Source of the DNA: a virus
Taxonomy: Duplodnaviria; Caudoviricetes
DNA: 58,285 bases
Virus record (IMG/VR): IMGVR_UViG_3300030207_002897
Location: 1 to 58,285 of that record
Strand: one strand, 5' to 3'
The notes below the pieces were generated by a model. The model saw only the letters and a list, made by a program, of their open reading frames with translations. It was not told where the DNA came from and did no database searches. Positions 9,953-20,988 of the stretch are shown piece by piece (position 1 is the stretch's first letter; each line of letters begins with the position of its first letter). A program made the position numbers and the translations under genes.

Positions 9953-12900
9953 ATGCCTCCTACTAATCGATCAGATTTAACGAGTAACCTACCCATGGAT
10001 CCAGAACAGCTAATCAGAAATCAACAAGCCGCAGAGATGGGCAAGAAGTTATTCGGGTATCAAGAGCCAGGAATAGGCAGGTACCCAAGCACTTTCAAAG
10101 CAGACCCTAGGTATTCACAGGCCCCCCCTGTTCCTATGAGCCCGCAAGAACGGGCTATCCGAGAGGCAATGAAGGGTAGTGCGCTAAGCGGCAAGGAGTT
10201 TTATGGTGGCTATCCAAACAAGCAGGCTTTAATTGAGGGTATTAAAGCGGCTGCCAGCCAAGGAGTAGATGTAGCTGAGCTATTACCATTAATTCCAGCA
10301 GGTGTTCTTAGCCCAGAAGATCACGCAGATCTTATGAAATCAAGATGGCAGGAAAATCCTAGGACAGGAGGCCTTACATCTAAAGCTATAGATCCAGGTA
10401 TAGAACACGCAATAGAAGCCGTGGGTGCACCGGGAATACCAACTGAATACGGCAATCAACTCCCGTTTGGTTCATACGGCGTAAGCAACCCAGAAGCAAT
10501 ACCCGCAACAATAATGGATGCTCTTGATCCTGGGCAACATCAATTCATGGAACACTCCCTTGGCCTTACTCCTCACAGCGGAAGACCTGGCGATGTTCCC
10601 GCCGGTAAGAAAACCAACATCTTAAGCGCGTCCCAGTTAAAGCGTATTGGAGGCATGGATAGCCTCGAGAAGCAGCTAGAGGCATTGAGGGATATTGTTT
10701 ACGACCGAGGTATACAAGCTCACAACGAAATTAAACAAAATGTCCTGAACTATATGGAGAATACAGCAGGCACGCCAGCCGGAACTAAAACAATAGCTGG
10801 CAAGATTAGAGATGCGCAAGCTGGAGGAAAGTTCTCTGGAGCTACAAGTGAAGATCTTGTAAATCAAATGGCAACAGGGATTGCCGATCAATCTCTAACA
10901 GGAGTTTCACAAAGAGCAGGTAAATATGAGCCCGCTGTTGTCGAAGGCACGACCACCTTTGAGGATCCAGACAAAGTTCTTATGAGGGCACTTGTCAATT
11001 CCGATATACCTTTTGAGCAAGACCCAGACGCTGCATCAGCCTCAGAGGGATACAAGGTAGACACCGAAGCCGCCTTTATAGAAAACATGGGTGATAAAAA
11101 GCGGTTCGATCCAACCGTAAACACACGCCCTATAGAGCAGCTTAGTCCAGGCGAACGATTGGCAGCTACATTGCAGGGTGCTACCGGCATACCTCCGCTG
11201 AGCGAGAGCGAAATCATGAAGCTGGTTGGCGAGATCAATCGAGTCAAAACTGCTACTGTGCAGTCATTTGCAGACCAGCCCGAATTGCTTCTTGGGCAGG
11301 GGCGACAGCAGCAAATGGTTTGGAATCCCAAAACTGACAAACATGAAACAACCATAGATTACACAGGAAAGGAAAAGTCGGCTCACTCCCCTCTTGATTA
11401 CCTGTATATGTGGAATAAGGGCGCACGGGGTAAGGTTGATATTCCCGATGATGTTCTTAAAAATGCCTTTAAGCAAACAATAAAGATCCCAGCGGGGTCT
11501 GGATCTGCTTATGAATGGCCTCAAGCTGACGTAATAAGAACATTAATTGGTGATTACAATCGGGGCTTTGAAGCTCTTCAGCAAAATCCAGAGCTTGCTA
11601 TCAATACAAAGCAGCCTGAAATAGTAAACCCAGAAGTGCCTCTCGACACAACCTACGATAGAATCTTTGGCCCTCATGGAGAGCGGTGGACTGGCAAACC
11701 ATTTGGTGTTCAGCCAAGAGAGTATGCTGCTGGTTATGGCCACGACGACTTCCTGAATGCACGGGACTATGTTGATTACAGAATGCAAAAGCCTCTTACG
11801 GGTAAGCTCAACTGGATGCACTTGCAGCCAAGGCTAGACTTACAAACGGAAGAAGGTGGTTCGTGGGATATAATCCCTGAAACCGAAGGATTAAGGGCAA
11901 AAACAGAACAGGCTCAAGCGGACAGCTTTAATGAATTTGTTGAGAAGTGGAACGCTAGGCATGATGTGTCGCCACAGGAAGCGGAATTAAGGTCTGTACT
12001 GAGACTGCTTGCTGGCCAAGACAAATATAAAATTGATGATGACGCCCTTGCCATGGCGATGGATTACCTTGCAGACATGACTCCAGGTAATCGCAGTGAA
12101 GGGAAGGATTGGTTTGTCGTGACACTAGAAGACGATGCCCTGTCCGAAGACGAATACGATCGGGAGCCGATTTGGGCTGATATAGCACATGCGGAAGGCG
12201 AAGTCTTGGAAGGCATGGCAGAAAGGCATCCAGAACTAAAGAAATTTTATAACGCCGATGGAGAACTAGACTATAAGGGACTAGCACAAGCCATAAGAAA
12301 TGCCCCTGGGTCGTCATTAGACATGAAGATAAGCAATCTCACTGGTGCGCAAGGTAATTTTGCTGGTCATGTTTCAGATAGGATTCCTCATGACTATGCC
12401 TGGAGAAATGTTCCTAGGTATGACGAAGCAGTTGAACTCACAAAAGGTAAAACTGATATTGGCACAGCCGATTTACAGAGAGCATTGGGTATTGGGTTTG
12501 GGCAGGCCAGTGCCCTTATGAGAAAGATGGAGGAAGCTGGTGTTGTTCAGGCGCTAGAAGGTCAATCTAAAAGACGAGTAGTTCAAATGCAGAGCACACC
12601 AGAAGGCATGATTCGCAACCTATCTCCAGCTAGACCACAATCAATACTTCCGATGGATACTGGATTCCCTCTAGACGCAGGGGCAGTATTAGGTGAGCAG
12701 GCCGGGCCAAGGATTAACCCGATGTTCCGTTACACGCCGGAAGATTTTGGTGCTAATGTTCCAATGACTCCAGAGGAAATAGCTGCAAAAGAAGCTAGAA
12801 ACCAAGAGCTTCGAGATGCTTTCTCTTCAACTAATGATGCGTTTGATTTAGAGGCAGCATCACCAGAGGCTGCAGCCCCTGAAGAAGTAAACAAAAGCCT

Positions 12901-14626
12901 ACGCGACAGAATGGCATCTGGAGCAAAGGCTGTAGTAACAGCTCCAATAGAAGGTGTTAAGAAAACCGGAGGTAAAATTAAAGGCGCTTGGGACTCCATG
13001 TGGGATTCTAACCCTGAGTTAAAAGGCCCTCCATCTAGAATGTCAGAGCTTCTAACAAGAAGAACCAATGTAGGGTCAAGCCTCAACAAGCTGCAGACAG
13101 CGATAGACGACTTTAGCAAAACTAAAGCTGGTCGACCGATAGCCTGGGGCAAGGCTGGCATTGAGAAAGCAGCCTCTTTCAAGCCTACCGCTGGAGGGCT
13201 GATAAGTTTAGGCGGCGATTTGTTTGAGTTAAGTAAGGGCGCAATTACCGCTAAGGAATATGCAAAGTATGGAACGCCAAAAGATCTTGTATTAGGTCGA
13301 GATGTTGCAGATTACAACCAGTTGATACTTCACCTTGCAGGCAACAATACTGATGGCCCAGATGGTGTAAAAGTTCAATACATTACCCCTGAGCAAGGAC
13401 AGAGACTGTTCGATCTTAGAGACGAGCTTGTCGCTGGTGTCCAATCAGGTCAGTATAGCAGCGTAGAATCACACCCTAACTACAAGACAATGCGAAGAAA
13501 CCTTAATGAGTACACCAAGATGAGAGAGGGTGGGCCCGAAGGTGCATTTGGAAGGTCTATCAATGTACTCGAAAAATCTAGCAAAGAGGATATGGGCTGG
13601 ATGCCTCAGTACAGACTTGAGACACAAGCTGGTACCGACTCTTACATAGATGAGCCAGAATCAGATCTTACCCCTTACGGAATGTTCCATATGCCCGGCT
13701 GGTCTGACTACACTGGCCAAGCAGCGTCCGTAGAAGGCGCAGGAGAGATGGCTAGTGGTACCGTCAAGAGCCTTATGAACCCATTAATGGGTGTGCATTA
13801 TGGTATTGAGGGTGTGTTTGGTAACGTGGGAGATTATGACACCTTGGGCAGTGGCTTTGTTAGGTCCCCTAACTATCAAACATTGAGGCTTCGCAGCGAT
13901 GTCGATTCCAAGAAGTTCATCGGAAAGAATACACCAGAAAAGATAAAAGAAATTTATGATGCTACCCCTTACAGCAATCGACGCTATTGGAAATGGAATC
14001 CAGACTCAAGAACCCTAACGAACAAACACACAGGGACTGCTGTAAGAGAAGAGGATACTGGAATTGAAAACTTTGGTGAGAAGTGGAAGAACTGGGGCGA
14101 TTACGTTCAGGCCCTTCGTGACGTAAGAAGCGTTGATGATAACAAACATGCTGTTACCGACCACAAGGCTATTGTCGATAAGAACTTTAAGGACAAGCCG
14201 ATGTTTACCGAGAGAGATCACGGTAATTACATTAAGCCTGAACCTTTCAAGGGTGCTACAGCCTGGGATGCGTTGAGTATGCCGAATGTTCCTTGGTATG
14301 CGAAGCTGCAACAATTTGTGGATAGGGGTCTTACGTCTATGAAACCTAGCAATCCTTTTGAAGGTGTTGCTGACACCGGCCAATTAGATGAAGTTGCAGA
14401 TCCTTATCAAAAAGGAAACGTCATAAGAATTTACAATCAAACAGGCGATAATCCAGGAGAGATCGTTGGCTATAATAGAAGCATGGGCAATGACAGCTTC
14501 TGGGAAAGCCCTGTAAGCAACGTTTTAACCGAACACGAAAGAATGATTAAGTCGCTTACACCTTACTGGGAACATAAAGAGTCTAAGTACACAGACATAT
14601 ACAAGCTAATTGGGGAAGATGAATAA
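9953..14626 (+). CDS. Large putative ejection/internal virion protein with internal FtsK-gamma-like winged helix
   Basis: 1557 aa, no Cys seen; aa ~820-877 match the FtsK gamma pattern. Confidence 0.7.
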   Translation: MPPTNRSDLTSNLPMDPEQLIRNQQAAEMGKKLFGYQEPGIGRYPSTFKADPRYSQAPPVPMSPQERAIREAMKGSALSGKEFYGGYPNKQALIEGIKAAASQGVDVAELLPLIPAGVLSPEDHADLMKSRWQENPRTGGLTSKAIDPGIEHAIEAVGAPGIPTEYGNQLPFGSYGVSNPEAIPATIMDALDPGQHQFMEHSLGLTPHSGRPGDVPAGKKTNILSASQLKRIGGMDSLEKQLEALRDIVYDRGIQAHNEIKQNVLNYMENTAGTPAGTKTIAGKIRDAQAGGKFSGATSEDLVNQMATGIADQSLTGVSQRAGKYEPAVVEGTTTFEDPDKVLMRALVNSDIPFEQDPDAASASEGYKVDTEAAFIENMGDKKRFDPTVNTRPIEQLSPGERLAATLQGATGIPPLSESEIMKLVGEINRVKTATVQSFADQPELLLGQGRQQQMVWNPKTDKHETTIDYTGKEKSAHSPLDYLYMWNKGARGKVDIPDDVLKNAFKQTIKIPAGSGSAYEWPQADVIRTLIGDYNRGFEALQQNPELAINTKQPEIVNPEVPLDTTYDRIFGPHGERWTGKPFGVQPREYAAGYGHDDFLNARDYVDYRMQKPLTGKLNWMHLQPRLDLQTEEGGSWDIIPETEGLRAKTEQAQADSFNEFVEKWNARHDVSPQEAELRSVLRLLAGQDKYKIDDDALAMAMDYLADMTPGNRSEGKDWFVVTLEDDALSEDEYDREPIWADIAHAEGEVLEGMAERHPELKKFYNADGELDYKGLAQAIRNAPGSSLDMKISNLTGAQGNFAGHVSDRIPHDYAWRNVPRYDEAVELTKGKTDIGTADLQRALGIGFGQASALMRKMEEAGVVQALEGQSKRRVVQMQSTPEGMIRNLSPARPQSILPMDTGFPLDAGAVLGEQAGPRINPMFRYTPEDFGANVPMTPEEIAAKEARNQELRDAFSSTNDAFDLEAASPEAAAPEEVNKSLRDRMASGAKAVVTAPIEGVKKTGGKIKGAWDSMWDSNPELKGPPSRMSELLTRRTNVGSSLNKLQTAIDDFSKTKAGRPIAWGKAGIEKAASFKPTAGGLISLGGDLFELSKGAITAKEYAKYGTPKDLVLGRDVADYNQLILHLAGNNTDGPDGVKVQYITPEQGQRLFDLRDELVAGVQSGQYSSVESHPNYKTMRRNLNEYTKMREGGPEGAFGRSINVLEKSSKEDMGWMPQYRLETQAGTDSYIDEPESDLTPYGMFHMPGWSDYTGQAASVEGAGEMASGTVKSLMNPLMGVHYGIEGVFGNVGDYDTLGSGFVRSPNYQTLRLRSDVDSKKFIGKNTPEKIKEIYDATPYSNRRYWKWNPDSRTLTNKHTGTAVREEDTGIENFGEKWKNWGDYVQALRDVRSVDDNKHAVTDHKAIVDKNFKDKPMFTERDHGNYIKPEPFKGATAWDALSMPNVPWYAKLQQFVDRGLTSMKPSNPFEGVADTGQLDEVADPYQKGNVIRIYNQTGDNPGEIVGYNRSMGNDSFWESPVSNVLTEHERMIKSLTPYWEHKESKYTDIYKLIGEDE

Positions 14627-15402
14627 TGTCCGATTTAAGCAACATGGATTTTTTAATGGGCACTCAAAGTGCTCCGCTTGAAACAACCACTGTAGTTGAG
14701 CAGTCTCCCGAAGCTGTTTCTAAGGTTACTAAGACAGTCGCCCCCACTAGCAGTTCCCCTGAGCAAGTCATACGAGGTATGCTGGGAAGGCCTGAAATAG
14801 GAGAGGCTATGCTCCTCTCTTTGCTATCTGATGCTGCTGGCATTAACATGTCAGATATGACCCAAGCCATAAACATAAATCAAATGCTCAACCCCACAAG
14901 AACTGAGCGTCCAGACCTGACCATGCAACAGGCTTTGGCTGGGCTTGGTGGCTTTAGGGACAATGTAGCAGAAAGATTTTATAATGCTAATCCTGCCTGG
15001 GTTAGTGTTGGTGGCCAGTCTCCTTTTAGCGCATATGTGACGGAAGACGATAGAGGTCTTAGCCAAGAAGATATTGTTAAAATGCAGCAGTACATAACGG
15101 ATATGATTGATTACACGGCAATGGAATCGCCCGAAGTCAAATACTATAAGCGATTTCTTCCAGCTGAGATGCAGCAATTCAGGGAGTTTCAAAGCAGAAG
15201 GCCACCAGTTCTAGCCCCTTCAATTTTAGAAAAAATGAAAGGCCAAGGAATTCCAGGCGTGGTGGTTCCTAATATATATATAAATTCCGTCCCTCAAAAT
15301 GATCCGTCTAGTTTTATTAGGCAGATATTAAACACTCCACCCACGCAAAGCGGACCCCCTGTCTTTCTGGATCAACTAAACATCCAAGACATTAATCAGT
15401 AG
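14626..15402 (+). CDS. Putative internal virion protein
   Basis: 258 aa, TAATG coupling to the upstream gene, Cys-free. Confidence 0.7.
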   Translation: MSDLSNMDFLMGTQSAPLETTTVVEQSPEAVSKVTKTVAPTSSSPEQVIRGMLGRPEIGEAMLLSLLSDAAGINMSDMTQAININQMLNPTRTERPDLTMQQALAGLGGFRDNVAERFYNANPAWVSVGGQSPFSAYVTEDDRGLSQEDIVKMQQYITDMIDYTAMESPEVKYYKRFLPAEMQQFREFQSRRPPVLAPSILEKMKGQGIPGVVVPNIYINSVPQNDPSSFIRQILNTPPTQSGPPVFLDQLNIQDINQ

Positions 15403-15410
15403 GTGGCAGC

Positions 15411-18400
15411 GTGAGTATTTTTGGACCACATCAGCCACCAACTGGGCACATTGCGCACCAAAGCCCTCGAGATCAAAGATCTTGGCTGCAAAGAATTACC
15501 GATCCCGTGCTTGGTGGCCTAAGCTGGGCCGTAGAAAATACTTTTGATAAAGCATACAGGCCAGTAGCGGCTGGATTAAAAATACTGGGGAAAGAAGCCG
15601 GTGTTTATGATGAGGGTGCGGACCCATGGGAACTTGCTGCTTGGGTTCCAGCTTCCGATGCTCTTGGAATTACTGATTTTGGAAGCAGGGTAGGAGAGAA
15701 AGAACTTCTTGGCGGATGGGACGACCCAGACTCCTATTGGGATGACATCGCCGCCTTGGGTGTTGGGGTTGCGGCTGACCCAACATCATGGGTTACCCTC
15801 GGAGGGACAAAAGTTTTATCTTCAGGGGGTAAAGCACTCAAGAACTCTGGCTATTTAGACGATGTTCTTTCAGCGGCTGCAAGGCAAGGCAAGGCTGGGG
15901 TTAATCCTAAAAGCCTGGGCATTGGGACTGGTGCTTCTGGTTTAGTAGATAACCTGGGCGGCTATCAGCCTAGGGCTACCGGAATGCAGTTTACGGTAGA
16001 CGAAGCCATTAGTGCTTATAAGCAGCAGCTAGCTAGAAATACTGCAGACCCTTCAATTCTCAGGCAGCAACTAGAAAAGTTCGACAATACATTTCTTGAC
16101 AGCCTTTACAGATTACCTGAAGTAAAAGGCAAAGGAGACTTGTCTGGGATTTTAGACCAAAGAATTAGCAGTCTCTTTAATGCCCCAGTGGTAGGACCCA
16201 TTGGTTCGGGAAGACTTTCCCAGGCGATAGCAAAGACTGGCGCTGGGACGGCGGATCTAACTGGCAGGCTCAGCCGCCCGTTAAGGCAATACTTTGATTC
16301 TAAACTTGCTCCTAGGATTCCGGGTAAAATCTGGAACATTAGAGGGCCTAAGACAAAGTACGGACAAAGAACATTTCAAACAATGCTTAAGGCTGCTGAT
16401 GATTTGGTGGCACAAAATGATATGGCATTGTCTGTAATTAACCAGAAGTTTGTAGAGTCTGGACTTCTCACTGGAAGCAATAAGCACAATGTCGGGATGG
16501 CTATGAGAGGATACCTTGAGGCCAAGGATCCTATTGCTGCTACAACATCCCTTGCTCAGTCCAGTCCTAATGTTCATAAGACTTTTGTAGATGCTGGGAT
16601 ATACCAAGACTTAGACGCACTAAAAGACCTGCAAAAACAAGCATATGCTTTAGCTGATTCATCTGGCTTGCCTGCTCCTATATTAGACGACTTAAAGATA
16701 GAACACTTTCATCGACAGTTTGATAACAGGTATATGTCAGACAATGCTTTGGGTGATCTGGCGGGCAATGCTTCCCTTAGCCCTGATAGAGGAGTGGCTA
16801 CGTCTGCTAGCTTAGGCCGTAAGGAAGAGCTGGCCAATATACCCGGTGGTACTGAAGCATTGATGAGGCTGAGTCTTGATAAAAGATTCTCTGGCATTGC
16901 AACAAGAAGCCAAGCTAACACCGGCAATATCATGCAGGCTGCTAGCGGTAAATCTTTCCTGGATCCAACGCTAAAAAATAATTTAATTGATGAGATACTA
17001 AAAGATCCAGACTACTCACAAACAATTGTCAAAACACACAGGCGTGATCCTGCTGGCAATTTAGTTGCGCTAGATTTATCTAATCCTTTGGATGTTGCCT
17101 ACCAAAGAGAACAGATTGGCAACCTTCTCGACACAGTAGGTAGCCTTAGCACTAGGTATGCAGATGAAAACATACCAATGTATAGGGTAGATCCCGTTAA
17201 AGACACTAGAGATTATATTAATTCAGTGACTAAAGCAATTAAGTCCACTGAGGTTATATATGAAACTATTGGTGACTTAGCAAAAACAAAACGACAGTGG
17301 GCTGACTTGGGTTTGTCTGGCCCATCTGTAACTAATGTTATTGATTTGCTTCAAAGATCTGGAGATGAGGGCTTAAGGCTTTCTGCTGACAATGTAATTA
17401 CCGACAATGCTTTAAGGCATGTAGTGAAGCAGCTTCAATCGTCTGGAATGCAGCTGCCTATTCCTGCTGGAGCCACAAAGGAACAGATTATAGATGTTTT
17501 GCAAGGCTCAGGTAATATAGAAAACGCCATAGCAATACCTACAACAATCGCAGACGACATGGGTAGAGCTTTCGCTGTCTACACTAACCCAAGGTATGCC
17601 GCAGAAAACACCAGTGCAATAGCTAGAATCTACGACTCCCTTAATGATAGCTGGAAAGTTGGCATGACCAGCTTATTCACAGCGTTTCATTTGAGAAATG
17701 GCATCAGTGGTGGGTGGACTAATTTTGTTGGAGGTATTTTCAGCCCGTGGGGGATGAAGTCTGCCAGCAATATGAGCAGGAAGAATGTAGTTCAAGGTGC
17801 ATCAGAAATTTATTTTGATGCAACCTCACACAACTATCCTCCAGAGCTTGCTCAGTTTATTGTCAATGGTAGGGTGGTAGTTCCAGCCGGAGCTGATGTT
17901 AGTTTTCTAAATATACCAGCAGGTCAATCTGCAGCTGACGCTGTGGCAACTCAGATATTAATGTATGAAGTGCCTGCATACAAAGTGTGGTCTGCCGATA
18001 TTAGCCCGATAGATCTGGCAGTTGACTCTGAAACACCTGAGTTGTTTTTGAGAGAGTCAAGAATGCTAGATGGTTCAACCTCTCCAGCTGGTCGCAGGGG
18101 ACTGGGCGAACAAGCAGGTGCAGCATTGTCTGATGCCGCTAAGGTTGCAACGTCAAGCCCAGCGGCTGGAGTTGTAACAGGCTTGGATATACTAGGACAA
18201 GTAACAGGGGTAGGTTCCCCTCTTGGTGCACTCACAGGGAGAGGGGCTTTCGGTGGCCGGAGAGGAATACTTAGATCAGGCAAGCTAGATCCTAATACCT
18301 TGCTTACAAAGCCAGAAGTTGATACGTCTGCAATTTACTCTCTTGGTCACAAGGCAGGATCAGAAGTTGAGTTCATGAACCGAGTGTCTGGGTACCTTAC

Positions 18401-19286
18401 GGCAAGAAAGAAAGGCATGTCTCCTACCGAGGCAGCTGCTGCTGTAGGTCGTGCCCAGATAGACTATAGTCTTTTAACTGAGTTCGAGAAAAAGGTCATG
18501 AGAAGGATCATACCTTTCTATTCATTTACTCGGGGTATGCTTCCCACCATCCTAGAAGATTTTGTAACTAAACCTGGAGGTGCAAGGGCTTTACTTGCAA
18601 AGGCAACTCATACGCTCCAGAACCAAGATCAGGAGTATCAATACGCTACTCCTGAGTGGATAAGAAGTGGCAACTATGTACCAATGGGACGAGGCATTCA
18701 GAATGTAATGGCTCAACTGGGCCAAACAGATGCAAAGATTGGTCATCCAGGCTACATGAAAATTGAAGTGCCTATGTCTGACTTAAACGAGCTGTTGCCT
18801 AGAGGAGGCACAGCGTCTGATTATGTTGACATGCTTCTCAACAGGGCTTCACCCATGTTCAAGGCAGGGTATGAAACTATTACTGGAAAAGAAGTTAAAT
18901 CCGGAAGGCCTTTGTGGTCTGTTAGTAGGGGGCAGCAAGGCATTATACCTGGTACTGGCCGTTCTTATAGGGATGTGTTCATTGGAAAAGACGGAGAGTT
19001 AAAAGATTATTATTTACCTAGGGCACTTGGATTTACAATGCAGGATGTTGATTCCGCACAACAAAGAAACACAGTGTGGAGAGAGCTGCTAAAACCAGAG
19101 CTTGAGGCAAGGCAAGAAGTAGATCCTATAACAGGTAGAACCATGCCTGTATTCAAACCAAATCCAGGGTATTACTACAGTGGGGATCAGCTTCTCAATG
19201 TGCCAGGATACTACGGAAGCCCTCGACACCAAAGGGATCAGTTGCTGAAAACGATGAGCGATGAGACTAGATACTTTAAGTATTAA
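15411..19286 (+). CDS. Large ejection protein (podovirus DNA-transfer type)
   Basis: 1291 aa; DPTSWVTLGG, AFHLRN and IDYSLLTEFEKKVMRRIIPFYSF motifs seen in large phage internal virion proteins; last gene of the structural arm. Confidence 0.7.
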   Translation: MSIFGPHQPPTGHIAHQSPRDQRSWLQRITDPVLGGLSWAVENTFDKAYRPVAAGLKILGKEAGVYDEGADPWELAAWVPASDALGITDFGSRVGEKELLGGWDDPDSYWDDIAALGVGVAADPTSWVTLGGTKVLSSGGKALKNSGYLDDVLSAAARQGKAGVNPKSLGIGTGASGLVDNLGGYQPRATGMQFTVDEAISAYKQQLARNTADPSILRQQLEKFDNTFLDSLYRLPEVKGKGDLSGILDQRISSLFNAPVVGPIGSGRLSQAIAKTGAGTADLTGRLSRPLRQYFDSKLAPRIPGKIWNIRGPKTKYGQRTFQTMLKAADDLVAQNDMALSVINQKFVESGLLTGSNKHNVGMAMRGYLEAKDPIAATTSLAQSSPNVHKTFVDAGIYQDLDALKDLQKQAYALADSSGLPAPILDDLKIEHFHRQFDNRYMSDNALGDLAGNASLSPDRGVATSASLGRKEELANIPGGTEALMRLSLDKRFSGIATRSQANTGNIMQAASGKSFLDPTLKNNLIDEILKDPDYSQTIVKTHRRDPAGNLVALDLSNPLDVAYQREQIGNLLDTVGSLSTRYADENIPMYRVDPVKDTRDYINSVTKAIKSTEVIYETIGDLAKTKRQWADLGLSGPSVTNVIDLLQRSGDEGLRLSADNVITDNALRHVVKQLQSSGMQLPIPAGATKEQIIDVLQGSGNIENAIAIPTTIADDMGRAFAVYTNPRYAAENTSAIARIYDSLNDSWKVGMTSLFTAFHLRNGISGGWTNFVGGIFSPWGMKSASNMSRKNVVQGASEIYFDATSHNYPPELAQFIVNGRVVVPAGADVSFLNIPAGQSAADAVATQILMYEVPAYKVWSADISPIDLAVDSETPELFLRESRMLDGSTSPAGRRGLGEQAGAALSDAAKVATSSPAAGVVTGLDILGQVTGVGSPLGALTGRGAFGGRRGILRSGKLDPNTLLTKPEVDTSAIYSLGHKAGSEVEFMNRVSGYLTARKKGMSPTEAAAAVGRAQIDYSLLTEFEKKVMRRIIPFYSFTRGMLPTILEDFVTKPGGARALLAKATHTLQNQDQEYQYATPEWIRSGNYVPMGRGIQNVMAQLGQTDAKIGHPGYMKIEVPMSDLNELLPRGGTASDYVDMLLNRASPMFKAGYETITGKEVKSGRPLWSVSRGQQGIIPGTGRSYRDVFIGKDGELKDYYLPRALGFTMQDVDSAQQRNTVWRELLKPELEARQEVDPITGRTMPVFKPNPGYYYSGDQLLNVPGYYGSPRHQRDQLLKTMSDETRYFKY

Positions 19287-20920
19287 AGTCCACCAGATTC
19301 TGTTAGCCCGTACCCATCAACTCTTTTGATTGTCCCTGCTGCGTCTTGGTATATCAACGTGCCGTCATAGGTGTTCGATACGTGGGTCATGTTGGTTATT
19401 GAGTTTGCTTCCGGCAGGGCAGGCGTTGTTAGCCCCATGCCTGCTACATAGGCTATGTCCCCTGATGAAAGCTGGTAAACTATGATCCCTTCGTAGTTAT
19501 TAACTATGCTTAGCATCCTTGAGATGGGTGCTAGCGTTATCATTACTGCTGAGTGTACCGCTGTGGCCTCTGACGAGCTTGCTGCGGGCGTTATAGAGAA
19601 CGAAGACAGTCTTGGGTCGAGTAGTGTTGCCGTTGTTATGGAGCTTCCTGCGGCGGGCGTGAGGGTGAATCCCTTTTCAATGAATGATCCAGCTAAATCT
19701 GTGTCGGCCCCTGCTGCTGCTGGTGTATGCAGTATGTATGTAGTTAATGCTTTCGCTATCGCTGATGCTGCTGCTGGTGCAAAGCTAATCTTAATTCCAT
19801 TTAGCTGTGCGTTAGCTACTGCGTTGGCAGCTGTCGGCCAAAGAATATTTATTTCTGCGTTGGCTACTGCACTGGCAGCAAAGCCTGAGTAAGCCATACC
19901 TTTTCTTGTGGCTGCAGTTACTGCTGTTGCTTGGTCTGGCGGTGTGAACTCCACCGCCGGAGGTGGGTAGTAAGCATTGGCTACTGCACTTGCTGCCGTT
20001 GGTGAAAAGCTAATCTTCAAAGACAAGGCTGCTGCGGTAGTTGCACTAGCTGCGGCAGGTGTATGTGTTTCCTTAATACCCCCAACAACTGCATTGGCCA
20101 CAGCGTTTGCAGCACCAGGAACAAAAGAAAATTTTATTCCCCCCAGGACTGCCTGTGTTTCAGCCGATGCTACAGCAGGCGTGTGGGTTTCTTTGATCCC
20201 GCCAACTGCTGCATTAGCTACGGCTGTTGCTTGTATTCCCTGTATAGAAATATTAAAACCAGGGCCCGCTGCGTTGGCTACGGCGGGTGCAGCACTGGGA
20301 GTAAACTCTTCTCCCAGGGAATAGGTTATTGATAACTTAGGTGTGTATGTAGTACCACTATAGTTCTTACTACGGAATTGAAGAAGCCAGTTGTTGCTGT
20401 TGTTAAATGTAAGATCTTCAAAGAAGAACTGCATGTCGTTATCAGCAGACCACCCAGCTCTATTAACTATCTCTTGGACAATAGTCTTTATGTCTGGCGT
20501 ATCATAGAAAGTTCCCGCACTCATGCCGCTTGAGAAAGCCCAGTCTACACTGGCTGTAGTTCTTGTTGCATTTCCAAATGCACTGCAGCTACTAGCTGCT
20601 GAGGAGGCATCATCAGTGTCTTCTCCTCGTATGGTTACAGTATTTCCAACTGCGTTTCCATTGTCTGAGTGGTAGGCTAGCTGTATCTTGGCTTCGGTTA
20701 TTGTTGCTCCTTGCGGGATGTCTATAGTTTGGAATCTTAGGTAAGGCCTCCAGTCCTTCCAGTGCATGTCTTTATCGCCATAGTCCGACCGCCCATAGAA
20801 TCTAATTCTTTGATGGCTGCTGTCTACACCGCTACAGCTACCACCACTGCTATAGTATTCCTCATACTGAGCAACCCCATCATCGCTATTTGATACTATA
20901 ACTTCATTGACAGTAGGCAT
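19283..20920 (-). CDS. Fibre-like protein: N-terminal DNRLRE/CBM96-like beta domain plus ~19-20 aa Ala-rich repeats
   Basis: YLRFQTIDIPQGATITEAKIQL...PKLSITY motif, then repeats such as ETHTPAVASAETQAVLGGIK; ATG 20920 has GGAG 7 nt upstream. Confidence 0.65.
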   Translation of the reverse strand: MPTVNEVIVSNSDDGVAQYEEYYSSGGSCSGVDSSHQRIRFYGRSDYGDKDMHWKDWRPYLRFQTIDIPQGATITEAKIQLAYHSDNGNAVGNTVTIRGEDTDDASSAASSCSAFGNATRTTASVDWAFSSGMSAGTFYDTPDIKTIVQEIVNRAGWSADNDMQFFFEDLTFNNSNNWLLQFRSKNYSGTTYTPKLSITYSLGEEFTPSAAPAVANAAGPGFNISIQGIQATAVANAAVGGIKETHTPAVASAETQAVLGGIKFSFVPGAANAVANAVVGGIKETHTPAAASATTAAALSLKISFSPTAASAVANAYYPPPAVEFTPPDQATAVTAATRKGMAYSGFAASAVANAEINILWPTAANAVANAQLNGIKISFAPAAASAIAKALTTYILHTPAAAGADTDLAGSFIEKGFTLTPAAGSSITTATLLDPRLSSFSITPAASSSEATAVHSAVMITLAPISRMLSIVNNYEGIIVYQLSSGDIAYVAGMGLTTPALPEANSITNMTHVSNTYDGTLIYQDAAGTIKRVDGYGLTESGGL

Positions 20921-20934
20921 TGGCAAGCTCCAAT

Positions 20935-20966
20935 AAAAAAGGGCAGAGAGCGTAGGCTCCCCGCCC
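20935..20966 (-). terminator. Intrinsic terminator
   Basis: GGGCGGGGAGC-CTAC-GCTCTCTGCCC then TTTTTT on the minus strand. Confidence 0.85.
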
Positions 20967-20988
20967 TATTGTTCAGCAACAGACTAGA

